Assembly: GCF_009914755.1 (NCBI RefSeq)
Contig: NC_060926.1
Origin: the human T2T-CHM13v2.0 reference genome, Homo sapiens
Reading direction: 5' to 3' (one strand)
Length of the DNA: 64,000 bases
A program made the translations under genes and the position numbers. Numbering within the stretch: the first letter of the stretch is position 1; each line of letters begins with the position of its first letter. Positions 27,058-41,179 of the stretch are shown in pieces. The notes beneath the pieces are model-generated. The model had not been told where the DNA came from. It saw only the letters and a list, made by a program, of their open reading frames with translations, and did not search any database.

Positions 27058-28050
27058 TTGCCTTAGGCAAAAATTCCTCTAAGTGTAATTGCTAGATTAT
27101 TTCAGGTTTTGACACATATTGCTCAATTGCCCTCTAGTAAGACTTTAGAGAAGGCAATTGAGCATCAGTAGCATATATGGATTCCCTTTGTAATGCCCCC
27201 CTCATGACAATTTTTGAGAACTTTTGCTGCAGATTTTTAAACTTAATGTCATTCTACTCAAACTCTAGTATTTTCTCCTTCAGAAAATAATACAATTAAG
27301 AATGTAAAAAGATAAAATCAGACATGAAGATAAATTTAAATATAATGTAAATTAGAGCCATGCAGAGCAAGTCCAAGATGGTCAATAATGAGCTGTAATT
27401 GCAATTGTCCAGGTGAGCGATAATAAACACCTGAGGCAGAGCTGTGGCAAGGACCCTAGGGAGGGGGCACACATTTAGGTAGGAGGATCAACAGACCACT
27501 GATGTAAGAAAATGGGGAGATGGAGAGTCTTCAAAAAGAAAAAAGAATTTCCTATCTCTTTGAGACATTTCACATACAGGGCTGAGCCTCCAGTATCACC
27601 AAAGCCTTAACGTTCTTCTCCCCAAGGAGTTTCTCCCTAACCCTTTCTTTCCAGTTAAGACCTCTCTCTTCCCAGGCAAGGCTGCTGTGAAATCATGGTC
27701 ATTTCTTGGCCTGGGTTTCAACTTCCTCCTTGTCCCTAGCCTCAGATGTGTGCATCCCCATCCTGGGCCCTTGCATTTTTTGCTTTGTTCTTGAATGAAC
27801 AATTTCATTCTCATTTTCTCTAACACAAAGAACTCCCATTCTCCTTTACTGTGCTTGCACAATACAGTGAGGACCTGTTATGATAACAAGACAATCAGGG
27901 TGTCCATAAATCCTGTGTGTAGGATCATGGTATGTTTGAATCAGTACAAGAATCTTGTCCTTCCCTTTCATTCTTTCAATATCCACTTGAGGCCAGGCAC
28001 TTAGTTCTCACTACCTATCATATCTCATTTAATCATCACATGGACTTGGA

Positions 28051-28795
28051 GTCATTTGTTTATTCAGAGACAGGCAACAAATAATATGTTGATCACTCAT
28101 TATGTGCTGGCACTGGTCTATGTACTAAAGATAATGTAATGAACACAGCGTCAAGATCCTGCCCCTAGGAAGATTACATTATGGTGGGAAAAACACCCTA
28201 AATAAATACACAGATATGTGAAATAGTTATGGGCAATGGTGACTGTTAGGAATGAAAGTTAAATAAGGTGAGAGCAAAGTGGGTGATGAGGAGATGGAGA
28301 GAATAAGAGTGGCTGTTTTAGATGGAAAGGTGAGAGAAAGTCTCTCTGAGAGGTGGCATTGGAGGAATGGCCTTACTAAGGGGAGGGATCAAATGCTTCA
28401 TAGTTCAAGGGAAAAGGCACAGAAAACAGCACATGCAGAAGTCCTGGGTAGAAAAGAGCTCAGCACGTTTGAAGAAGGGACGGCCAGTGTGTCTGGAGCC
28501 ACCGAGCAGAGGGGACAGTAAGCAGATAGATATGTGGTGGGAAAGTGGGCAGGGCAGGCCCCAGGGCCTCGGGGCCATGCCCAGAGCTTCACAGATTTGG
28601 CTCTGCTTGTGTTAGGAGGCCACGGATGAGGGCTGAGCAAGGGAGCGTGCTGATCTGCAATTTACGTATTTTAGCAGATTGCGTTGATTTTGTGGGGAGA
28701 AAAGATGGGCAGTGGGGCAGGGGGAGGAACAGGACAAGAGCGAGAACAGAACAGTTAAAGGTTTATTGTTGTCAGGCAAGAGTTGATGCTGGCTT
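28051..28795 (-). mobile_element. L2 (L2a-like), apparently inserted in a MIR
   Basis: L2 tail followed by AAAGTCTCTCTGAGAGGTGGCATT, GGCCAGTGTGTCTGGAGC, CAGGCAAGAGTTGATGCTGGCTT. Confidence 0.75.
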
Positions 28796-29319
28796 TTATT
28801 GTACTCATTTACCAGATGAGGAAATGGTAACTCTTAGAGGTTATACTGTTATCACAGCATCTCTAGCCTTTAAAACAGTCCTAGGATCTCAATGGATACT
28901 TTTCTGAATCAAGCTGAAAAAAAGAGCCTAACTGACTTGCCCAAGTGCAAAACAACAATTAAGGGATAGTCTCGTCATTCAAATCTGCCTGGTTCCAAGT
29001 CCGGGACTCTTTCCTCTGAGCTTGAATGCTGTTTCTAATACAATACAAGCTGATCTGCATGCCATTTTCCACTAATGATATAATTATGATTGATAGTATT
29101 AATCAAAAAGGAAATGAGAGAATATGCTGACTGTTTTTTTTTTTTAACCATTGGCTAACTTATTACTTCATTTTCAGATGCTGGAGTTATGACACTTATA
29201 GACAAAATTAAGTGTAATAACCAAGAATAGGCACTTATAAGAATAACCGAAACAATAACTAATGTCCTTAATCAAGGAGGACTGACTCTCTAATTTCTAA
29301 TATTAAAAAACCCAGAGTT

Positions 29320-29520
29320 AATAGTTAACAGTTACTTAATGCATTATGTTCCAGACACTATATGCTTTGCATATGTTACAGCTAGTTTTTAATAGGAGAC
29401 TTTAGCTGACATTGCTGTCTTCAACTTATTGATTAGAAAAAAATAGACTCATGGAGTTTAAGTAACTTGCCTATGATTAGAAAGCTGCTAAATGGCAAAA
29501 CAGGAATGAAAACTCTGAAA
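29320..29520 (-). mobile_element. MIR
   Basis: ATTATGTTCCAGACACT...TTAAGTAACTTGCC...CTAAATGGCA. Confidence 0.6.
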
Positions 29521-31257
29521 TGTGTCTCTGTGGGGAAGAGAGGGAATCAGTGGTTTCCAGCAGTCTGGTCCTTTTGGGCTCCTGCCCTGGCTGCCTCAGG
29601 ATCAAGCCCAGGATCAAAGCCACAGGGAGGTGGGCGGCTCAGTGTGGCCAGAGCTGAACAGTCTCATGGAGCCAGCATGGTTGGTGAAAGTCCGGATGGA
29701 TTGAGTTGTGTGCTGTTTGCTTTGATTAAGAAATAGTCACAATTCCATTATGACGTTGGTTGAATTAAAATGAACACAATGGAAAATAAAGTAGACCCAA
29801 TTTTTAAAATACCATGCAGTAGGCAAAGAAGATAGATTTGAGTAGGACAGGTGAGGGGCGTCTATGTAAACAATTTTTATTTTCAGATTGCCTTGTTGTA
29901 GACAAAAGCATTGAAACATGAAAGGAAAAAAATTATACCTTTTGCAACAGAAATTACTTACCTCTCTTTCTAATTCTTCTCTTTTATTTTTATTTCCTTC
30001 CTCTGCCCCATGAAAATAATTTTGTTTTCCATACAAGTGTTGTTGTTGTTTTTTATGTTATTATATTCCTGCAAATAATCGGAATCTCCTTTTGTCTGAG
30101 AAATTGGGAGCATTGTCTGAAATCCTCCAGTTTATTAGTTAGAAAGGATAGAATTTTTCTTCTCATCTATCATTCATGGTTTGCTACTGTGAGTTCACAA
30201 AGCCAGGAGCTTTCAAAAACTGGAAAGTAATATTGGGGAAGTAGGCAGAAAAAGAATGTTAACATTCTGAGACAGAATTCTAACACCCTGCTGGCCATCT
30301 ATATGACACTGGTGTAATCATTCTTCTGGTGAGTAAGAAGCAGAAATAAATCAGTAATTTTACTTTGAAAATTTTATATTACATAGTGAGGGTGGTGAGC
30401 ACAGAGCAGACTGACATATTTACTTTTCTTAGCAATGGAAGGTCTTCACATTTGTGAAGAAAAGAAAACAATCTAAAGAATGCTACGGGTTGGAACATCT
30501 CCAAAAGCTTGGCACAGTCATAGTGGGTATATGGAACTAATCATACCGACTCTCTTCTCCCCACAAGTTGGTTTCAAATAAGTGATATGCCAGTAAAGAA
30601 TATGCATGGAAAATTATAAATTACTATATACACAGAGTAGATTAGCTGCATGTGATACCGACAACTAAATTGTTAGCCTTATGAGAAAGCCACTGGGCCT
30701 ATGCCCATTTCCCTGATACCCTTACATCTGGAATGGCACCCCCTCTTCTCCCAAACTGCAGGGTCTGGTTACCCCCAGTGCAGTGTGTTACTGGCCAGCT
30801 TGACCAATACTCTAGACCTGGGCTCTATTATCCTTGTCACCCTTATGTTTTTACTTTTTATCTGTCCGATCTTGACTTTATTTTTGGATTTATTTTATTT
30901 GAATTTGGTGATGTAGATTCCAAACTAAACCACTCAGTTCTCAATTTGTTCTGTGTTGAGACTGGGCTTTCATTCTGAAAGTCCTTCAGCTTGGGTAGCC
31001 ATGCCTTGCTCCGCAGCTGGGAATAAGCTATACTCTGGTCTTGGCTCCCTTTCATCCCTAAATGTAGCCAAAGTGGAGAGATAAGACCCAACACTCAGAA
31101 ACGTCCTACCTAAGTGAGAGTCTCCATCTCTGTCTCATTCATAGTTTTTTTATCCATACCTTTTTCTCCATATCTTCACGACCTTGAGATTTGCATGCTA
31201 TATTTTCCCATGTTGTCTTGTTTTACCCCCAGGCCTGATGTTTGACACTGACTCTGA

Positions 31258-31582
<325 letters not shown>

Positions 31583-34500
31583 TGTATCAACCATTCTTAC
31601 CACATGTGATTTGGTTTTTTTATGCTTTGGGAATCCACCTTCCCAGTTTAGCTGAACTTTCTAGACCCCATTCCTGACATTCTCTCCAGGGCTAGCACTG
31701 GATTTGTCCAGGAGCTCAAAGAAAACATTGTCTTCTGTCCTTTGTGGGACCTGGAAACACAATGTGTAAATAGAAAGTGGACAAAAACCACAGGCTAAAT
31801 GAGAAACAGTATTATTACATGCTGCTCCTGCTGGAGCTTACCAAGTCCGCACAAAAAGTTTGCTCTGTGTAAGTAGACAAATCTTGACTGATTATTTGAT
31901 ACGGGCGTTGACTTGATATTGGTTCTGTTATTGCAAGTTGGCTTTACACTGAACTATTTATAGCTGGTGAAGTTTATTCTCATTCTTCTAGTTCAACTGA
32001 AATATAACTATTCTATTACATCCCGGGTTTATCCTCCCCCCCTGGAATTGTTTCTCCTTTCCTTAACTACATTATTTATATATATCTTTCGTCCTTATTT
32101 TTTTTCCTGCCTTGTATTACCATTAACTGGATACATGTCAATCATTAGACTGAAATCAACATCTGGAGAGTGGAGATAATAATAGTATCTACTTCATAAA
32201 GTTGGTGTAAGCAATGAAAACACTACTGTGTATTCAACATTTTAGTCTGTATAATGACCATTATTGTTATTTAAGGTGTAAAATAAATTTTATCCATATC
32301 TCTATAAATCACCCTGTCCCTAGTGGCATTCACAGTTCTTTATATGAATAACTATTTGCCAAAATGAATTTACTGCAATATTCATTATCAGAACTACCAA
32401 AGGGTTGAAAAGCTTTTTTGAGATTATTTTCTTGTACTCATTGAGTTACAATTAATTTTACTATACCTATATTAGGGGTAAGTAAATTAGGGAAGTAGTT
32501 AGAGTTAGGTTTAAGAAAGATTTTCTCCTGTTAAATGACAAGTCCCTTATGGACATCAACTTTTAATTCTTATGTCTTTAGCATACAACATAATAAAAAT
32601 CAGCACATCATGCTTTGTTGAATAAATGTAAAAAAAAACTTGCTCCACTAATCTGGGGTGCAAAAGGAAGGCACATTTATTTTAATATAAAAATCAAATC
32701 TCCAAGCCCCCACCTTGCCAACCATGAGTATCTTTCTCTTGTCCCAGAGTACCCCGATCTAACTCTCTTTGGACAGTTCCATTTCATGCACCCCAGACAT
32801 TCTTACTCCATTCAGGGAATTAGTCTTGGCTGGCTGAGTGACGAGAGAGAATATCGGGAAAAGGTCCTCGAAGAAGCCCATTCTCTTTAACTGTTGTTGC
32901 TTCTCTGAAGCCAGTGCCTGCCTTGTCTGTTATCTTTGATTGCCTGGACACACCTCCACACAAATCTGGTGGCCCAAATACTGAGTGTTTCAATGGCAGG
33001 GGCAACTGCCACCCTCAATGGTTTAGCAGAAGGTGCAGGGGGAGAAGACAGTATCTCTGCGTCCCGGGAACTTGCTTTAGTAATGGTTGCTCCCATCTGA
33101 CATCTCCATCTCACCTCTATAGCTCCACAGCTCTTCCGGTTTACATGCTCACAAATGATCACATGGCACTGGTGGCCACACACAGTGCAAGTGTGGCTGA
33201 GTCAGGAGGGCTTCCAGCCCTTTTGCACAGAGCCCTTTCCCAACATCTTTTTGTCTTGGCAGTGAATGAGGAAGTTCTTCCATCTTTTGATCCTAAGGCC
33301 AGTCTCATTTCTTGACCAGGGTAATTGACATGTCTTTTAGGGTGAAAACTCCTCCTTGTCAAAAATGAACAAATAAATGAAGCCTATCAGCATAATTAAG
33401 GAGTTACCTAATAATCTGTCACTAAAATCACAGCATCATGAATACGCATTCATTAGGTTATGAATTCATATGTTTAACCAATAAACCCTACACTATGACT
33501 TTAAAGAACAAATTGAACAAAACCAAATATTTTTATGCATTGGTAACTTGGCACACCATTGAGTAATTGTGTATACTTTTGCCTATCTTCGAGCTCTCAT
33601 TATGTTTCTCATGTTCTTTTCAATTATTTGTGAATCTTTACATGCTTTCATTGGGAACATTCATTTTGGTTTATTTTTCTAAGCCTATGGTTTGTCTTAA
33701 ATCTGCATGGAACATAACTTTTACGAGGGCTTTAATTCAGACTTCAGAATTTCTATCAAATGATGGCAATATAATGCCATGAGGTGGCAAAAATTATGCT
33801 TACATTACATAAGAGTAATTTAAAATAAAATAAATTCAGAGTCTAACATGGTGAAAACAAAATCAAAAGAAGTAAAATAGGAATAGCTATCTGAAATGAA
33901 TGTAAAATTAAAACACATTTTAGTAAAAGAACTTAGAAAATGGACAAACTAACATAGATTAAAAAAATCAATGTAGAGTTGCCAAGAAATCATCATGATT
34001 GGAAGTTGTGATTCTCAGCTTTTATTTTTGAAATTTTTTTCTTTTACATGAAAATTAGATATGTCACAACATTTTTAGAAAAGTGGAAGCTAGCATAATT
34101 GAAGTTGAAGGTAAATTAGAATTAGAAAAGAAAAAGTATGAAAAACAAATCCTATAGCAACATAAAAGATACGCACAATTGTTTTAAAAGTAAAAATAAA
34201 TTCTGAGGCACAGATGCCAATGCTTAAAAAGATTCATACAAAGCTTGAATACTGGATCATTGTGTTCAAAAATTAACATTATGTGAAGAAAGTTTTGACT
34301 GAGAACACTTGTCATTTTGGTCAATTTATTTTTGACAAATTTACTCTTTAATTATCATCAGCTTTCAGAAAAACATGTCGATCTTACCACAGAATCAGTC
34401 TGGTAATAATCACAAACAGCATAGACAGCTTCCAAGGGGTATTAGGCCAGTATAGACACTGGTTTCTTACAGACCCTGGGAGGCCACAGGCCTATTACCC

Positions 34501-34707
34501 AGGGAAAGTTCCGTAATCTCTCAGAGCTCTGTTTCTTCTCAGAAAATGGGGGAAATTACACAAGATGACCTATTTTAAAATAATGCATAAATATAAAGCT
34601 TTATTGGAACAAATGTACAGGATGATTACAATATGGTATTATTTTTACCATTATTACCGTAATGGTTGAATCCTATTGCAGTCTTACTTTAAAATACAAA
34701 ATATTTT

Positions 34708-35118
<411 letters not shown>

Positions 35119-35214
35119 CTAGTTAGCTCTCTGTTCAATGCCACCAGTTCTATAAATGACTACTGTGTACCTAGCACTGCAATGCTTTATTAAAGGGGCC
35201 CTTCCACTCATTCT

Positions 35215-35600
35215 TTGATTCATTCATTGACTCGTCCATTTATTCATTTGCTTAACAAAGTTTGGTGAATGTCCACATCGACCAGGCAGCGAGCTAGGTG
35301 CTGTGGATTCTGGGATAAAATGAATAGTTCCCACACTCATGGAGCTCACAATTACCAACCAGGGCGGCAAATGAAGAAATAGAGAGCTGGGATGCAATGC
35401 AGCAATCGGGGTGGGGACAGCCAGCCCAGAGCCCCATAGCTGAGACAGCAGCAGCATTTAACCCAGCTGTGAGGATCAGTGAAGATTCTTGAAGGAGAAG
35501 AGAACTAGATATCTGAATAATAAAGACATGTTAGCTTGGGAGAGAAGGAGGGGCGAGGACAGGAACGAGTGCATTTTCTAATTAGTAACATGCAAAGTAT
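35215..35600 (-). mobile_element. L2 fragment
   Basis: (TTCA)n-like tail, CTAGGTGCTGTGGAT, CTCATGGAGCTCACA. Confidence 0.7.
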
Positions 35601-36269
35601 CTTCTGCTAGTTTAGTCTCATTGTTAGTTAAATTACCTCTAAGGCAAAAGTATTTTGTTCAGTGTTTGCAAGGTGATGGGTGGCACTGGAGACATAGAAA
35701 ACAGCTCTTCCGTTAATCAATTCTCTTGCGTGCTGCCCAGTTAATAATTTGCGTTCATTCTCAAAGCAGCTCATAAATATATTACCACTTCAGGCACACT
35801 ACTCCACAATGCATAAATGAAAAATGATCTGAACTTCCTTCCTCACTGTGAATATTTTAAATCACAACATTAATATACTCATTTCTCTTTCATAAGCTCC
35901 AAAATGAGCATTGAAAATAATAGGTTTTGCCTTATTGATTTCAGAGAAACTACAGAAGTGTAGAAACATAGAGATTTTAAAACACACGCACAACTAAATA
36001 AAATGAATTTTTGCCTCTTGTGAAATGCTGTATTTTAATCTGAAATTGCATATGTAATGACGTTGTATTTGCTTGTATTAGAAAGATAAATGCATACATC
36101 TGCCCAACTGTAGTCAGGTTGAAATTGGATCTCGAAGTGTGCACAGTGTCATTGATGAGAAAAGCAGCACAAAAGAGCTACAGCCATTTTGGAAAGAACA
36201 TTGGAATTAGAGACAAAGGTATTAAAGCTTTCAAGGTTTTGAAAATAAAAGAGAAAGGGAGAGAATGGA

Positions 36270-36450
36270 AGCGAATATTTATTGAGCACTTACTATGTAC
36301 CTGAAGCTTCATGGGAGGTGCTGTTACTGACATTTTACAGATGAGAGAGCCAAGCCTCAAAAATGAGAAAGAACTTGCCCTGGGTCACACATTTTATAAT
36401 TGCCAGGGCTGGAATTCAGTCTCCAATGTGTCAGACACTAGAGCTTAGGC
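36270..36450 (-). mobile_element. MIR
   Basis: ATTTATTGAGCACTTACTATGT...CATTTTACAGATGAG...ACTTGCCCTGGGTCACAC. Confidence 0.8.
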
Positions 36451-37609
36451 AGTTTTTGTTATCCCATTTCATCATGTTTAAAAGAAGATGGAGTTGGGTA
36501 GAGACATATTTTGAAGAGGAGGGGAGAACAGGCATTTATACCAAAGAGCCGCAATCATTTCTGCTAACTAGGAGGCGAGTGCTGTTGAGAGTGAGAGGAG
36601 GGAGAGTGGGGAGGCAGAAATCACTGTTCCTCTGGGCATCGGGTGCAAGAAGATGATGAGCCTCTGATGTTATTAGCATATTCATTTTGCTGAAGAAAAA
36701 TAAAAGGAAAAAGCCATTTCTTTTAGAACATGAGTTTTGATTTGGGTTTGACAAATGTGTTCACCATAGGACAGCTTTCTCTGTTAGAAAGTCATCGACA
36801 GACGGGTTAGTCATCCAGCCCCTTCCTCCCAGCAGTGCTTTGTGTGTGCATGTATGTGCGTGAGCGGGAATGTGCGTGTATATATGCTTCTGCATACATG
36901 AGACAGCATATCTTTTTTCAAACAGCGCCACCTCAACAGTGCTTGAAAACTTAACCAGTAACTCCTTTCTTTGCATAAGTTCTGCCCCTTTGTCACCTTT
37001 GAAGCCTGCGGATCAGTTCAATGTTCTATTTCCTTTTAACCAACTGAATCCTTACAAAGCAGTTTAATCATTACTCTTTTCTAATAGTGGATAATGACTG
37101 CATGAATTTATCTCTCAAGGAGAATTATATTTTACTTGCAAACCTCTAGAGGCCCTAATACAAAGACAGGAACTTCTAAGCTAGGAGAAGGAAAAACTGT
37201 GCTCATGAAAATAAACGGGGCCTGTCCTGGAAGCCCTCGAATTCCACCATGGAGGTGGAAATGAACACAAGCCAGAAGAGAATGCACGGCCAAGGCTCCC
37301 CAGCATGGCCCCAGATCTCCCCAATATCTCTTCAAACTCCAGGATTTCCACTGTGAAGATACATTCTCTTGGACCAGAGTATTCAAACATTCTTCATGAC
37401 AGTACATCTTGGAGAAATGACATTTTAAGCCACTAACCCTGAAAATGCTATCATTTGGACAGGGAGGAAGGAAGCAAGAAGGCCAAACTGCTCACTTTCT
37501 CTGATTTTGCCATGAGCCAGCCTGGCTCAGAATACTGTTGATACTGAGCCTGATCAATGTAATGCTGCCTTACTACTGTCTAAATAAATATACAGAGAGA
37601 TAGTAGAGT

Positions 37610-38195
37610 GTGTGGATATTGTGTGTGTGTTTATTAATGTATACATATTAGTGTGTAACTCTGCTTTATTACTATATATATTAGTGTGTGTATATATTTA
37701 TTAGTGTGTATATATATCTTATTGTGTGTACATATGTATAGATGTGTGTATATTAGTGTGTATATACATATTAGTGTGTAACTCAGCCTTATTACTATAT
37801 ATACTATATACATACACTAGTATACATACATACTAATATACACATACTATATATAGTATGTATAAAGTATATATAGTATATATTATAGTGTGTGTATATT
37901 AGTGTATATATAATTGTGTGTGTATATATACATGTGTATATGTACGTATATATATTGTGCCTTATTACTATATGTATGTGTGTTATATATTAGTGTGCAT
38001 ATATATTAGTGTATATATATTGTGTGTACATATATGTGTATATATGTATGTGTGTATGTTAGTGTGTGTATATAAATGTGTAACTCTGCCTTATTACTAT
38101 ATATATTAGAGTGTATATATTATTGTGTGTACATATATGTGTATATATGTGTATATGTGTGTGTGTGTGTGTATGTATATGTATATACATATATA
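37610..38195. repeat. Compound (TA/TG)n low-complexity repeat with a recurring higher-order motif
   Basis: TA/TG dinucleotide matrix with four copies of a TGCCTTATTACTATAT-like motif. Confidence 0.9.
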
Positions 38196-38379
38196 GTAAG
38201 CAATACATTCAACTTCCATTTCCAATGGAGGGGGCTCATCATTCTTGGGTGCTACCCTCTTGGTTTCTTTGTGCTTATAGAGATAGTTTCTAAAGCCTGT
38301 CTTTAAAGATAGTGTGGTATGGTATGCAGAGCATGGCATTTGGTTCAATAAAGGGTTCTGCCACTTCCTGCAGCCTGAT

Positions 38380-39038
38380 TTACATCCCCACTGTTGCTGC
38401 CCCGTGGCCAAGGTCAAGCCTTCGTCACTGCTTTCCTGAACTTCTACCTGGTCTGCTTGCCTCTGGGTACCTACTCTCTGATTTAGTCATTCCTTGTTGC
38501 TCAACAACTTATCTGGCCCACGTGTCTTGTCACCTTAGTGCCCTACTTAAAATCTTTTTGGCAATGCTTTTTCACCTGAAAAATAAAACATGAATCCAGC
38601 ACACAGCCCTCTGTGATCTGGTCCAGGCTTCCGTCTCCAAGCAGCCCTCCCACCTCACTGCTGCAGCATAGCAGGCCCTGAGTAGGTCACGATGCTCTAC
38701 ACCCCTGCACTATATTTGCTAGTTGTGCTTAGCATTCAGCTTCTCTGTTTTCCTTTGGGAGAGTGAGAACTTCCTAAACTTTCTAATACCCTCCTTCTGG
38801 CTTCCTGTTACCATTTTGATGAGCTCATTTTGGTTTTATGCTGTGCCTTGCACAGACCTCCACGGTGGTCATTTTTGTCCCTCGCTATACGGCAATGATC
38901 TATTTACTTGAGTGCCTCTCTGCACAGATTATGAGCTCCCAGGTGGCAAGGACTTGAATGTGTGCCCTCCAGATGCAAGAACTGGGCACAGGACCTGGAG
39001 CAGGACAGTCATGCAGACTGTGTCTATTAAATGAACGA
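38380..39038 (+). mobile_element. L2 3' region
   Basis: GCCCTCTGTGATCTGG, AGATTATGAGCTCC...GGCAAGGAC, GCACAGGACCTGG. Confidence 0.65.
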
Positions 39039-39039
39039 T

Positions 39040-39200
39040 ATTACCTAGGCTTTCTTACTCTAAAACCTCAAATTTGTAAAGTAGAAACGATAGTAATAGT
39101 CATCTCATGGGGTTGCTGTGAGGATAGAATAGAAACGTATGAGGAAAAGAACTTTTCCAACTATGATGATCGTCACACATCCTAGTTATTATTATGATGC
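39040..39200 (+). mobile_element. MIR 3' part
   Basis: TTGTAAA...ATAGTAATAG...CTCATGGGGTTGCTGTGAGGAT. Confidence 0.7.
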
Positions 39201-40338
39201 TAACCTAAGTCGTGGGAACCAAACTTTATCTAATGGGATTAAAGACTCCACAGATTCCACTCAAAGCCAGAAATTGGACTTGTTCTAAGGATTCCTGTAA
39301 TATACAATGCTTAGTGTAATTATTGGAATCTCTACCTGCTGATTAGGCCCACACTGCTTTTTAGTTATGTTAGCTTCAGGGGGAAAAAAAAAGCTACATT
39401 AAGAAATAAAAGCCTCCTAACAGCTTGTTATGGCATTATTTGTTCACAACTACTAGCAAATGTATTTTGCCGAATGCTTCAAATCCAGTTTTTACAGAGT
39501 AAGCCGAAGCTAGTAATCATTTCATAAATATTAATGGAGAATATGCAAGTGGAAAGTTAAATTAAAATGCTACCAAATGGCTAGCAGGCAGCAGAAAATG
39601 AGCAGGAATCTCTAATCAGTGGAATTCATGGTTGTATAACTTTTATCCTCCCATTAGAGTGCAAAACAGAAGTTGATTTTTCTCCCACTTAAAATCAGTT
39701 CATGTTGAAGGGATAATGCAAATCAGCTCAATAGCTGAAGGATTCCAGAAACAGCATTTCTATATGGCAAGTCAGGTTTCCTTGGTCTCAGTTGAATGCA
39801 AATGACTGGACACAGAGAGAGACTTTATGACCTTGGTCTTCTCATTGGGTTGCTTGGCAGGACTTCACAAGGGTTTGGGGAAAGGAGAGAACAAATGGTA
39901 TCTCACATTCACTCACCATCAGTTTATCATTTTTCTCTTCCAGAGTATGTTTGTACCTGCAACCAGCATGTTGAAAATACGATTGATTTTAGAGATTTTA
40001 AATTGGGAGAGAGGAAGAGTATGGAGTTCTTATTAGTTGAGCCCAGTGTTGCTGGAACAGCTAACTTTAGATTATTTTTATTATTAGCATTAGATGTCTT
40101 TATCCCTTATTGTATCCATCCATCCATCCCTACATCCCCCATCCATCCAACAAGTGGTTCACTGAGTATGTACCTATGATGATCCAGGCTCTATGCTGGG
40201 CATTGGGAATAAATAGTTGTTTAAGACGTGGTCACATTGGTTCTTCTCTCACAGATTTCACATCTAATATAGTAACCCCATCATAGCTGTGTTATGAGAT
40301 TGAAGGAGTTAATAGATGTAAGACAGTTAGAAAGATTC

Positions 40339-40633
40339 TTTTTCCTTTTTTTTTTTTAGAGACAGTGTCTCACTCTGTCACCCAGGCTGGTACGCAGTGG
40401 GATGATCATAGCCCGTTTCTGCCTCAAACTCTGGGGCCCAAGTGATCCTCCCACCTCAGCCTCCCAAGTATCTGGGACTACAGGTTTCCACCACCACGCT
40501 GGGCTAACTTTTTATTATTAGTTTTTTGTAGACATGGGGCCTCACTGTGAGGCCCAGGCTGGTCTTGAACTCCTGGCTTCAAGTGACCCTCCTGCCTTGG
40601 CCTCCTAAAGTGTTGGGATTAAGGTCTGAGCAC
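40339..40633 (-). mobile_element. AluJ
   Basis: GATCATAGC, AAGTGATCCTCCCACCTCAGCCTCCC, highly diverged dimer. Confidence 0.92.
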
Positions 40634-41179
40634 TTTGTAAGCTCTGAGTGATGGTGGGGGCAGAGCAATGGTAGGGGATGAAGATGGACAAATTGCAAAG
40701 ACTCAAACACTGATGGGCTTCATATGCCAGGCATGGTTTTCTCATGAGAAAAGAGGAGTGGCTGAAGAGTGGAAAGCTGGAGGGTGAGGTGTCATCCACG
40801 TGTTCTCTAATGACTCTTGTGCCTTGTGCCTGTTTATAAGGATGGGTTTGAGATGACAGAGGCTGGAGGGCTCTACCCCACGGAAGACTGTTGAGTTAGA
40901 CAAGATCATAGAAGACAGTGGGCTGCACCAGGGGACTAGTATGAAGGACTGAGGATGGTGGGAAATCTGTGAGATTTTTAGGAAGGGGAACTGGGCTTCT
41001 TGGTAATTTTTAGGAATACAGGCAATGGGGGAAAACATGGAGCCTCAGTTGCTGCCTAGGTTTCTAGAATGAGTGACTGGTAGAGAGTTGAGCTTTAAGT
41101 GAGAAAACTGAAAGTAAAAGAGAGGCACATTTTGGTGGAAAGACTTTACGTTCCCAGCCCTCATAAGAGCTGGGTCATT

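Larger units (their letters stand above)
25345..27140 (-). mobile_element. Old L1ME-like element fragmented by Alu, MER57 and MLT2 insertions
   Basis: Collinear pieces CTTTCACATTTAACAATAT (~25580), GTTTCTAGTTTTTCACTATT...CAATGAAT (~26520) and AATTCCTCTAAGTGTAATTGCTAG (~27075). Confidence 0.6.

Noticed and set aside
29150-30334. Isolated strong splice signals (acceptor ending 29177, donor at 30329)
   Set aside because: I could not pair them into a convincing exon; such motifs are common by chance
36923-36933. CTCF-like CAGCGCCACCT
   Set aside because: Only half of the core matches; the following bases (CAACA) do not fit, so I do not call it without ChIP data
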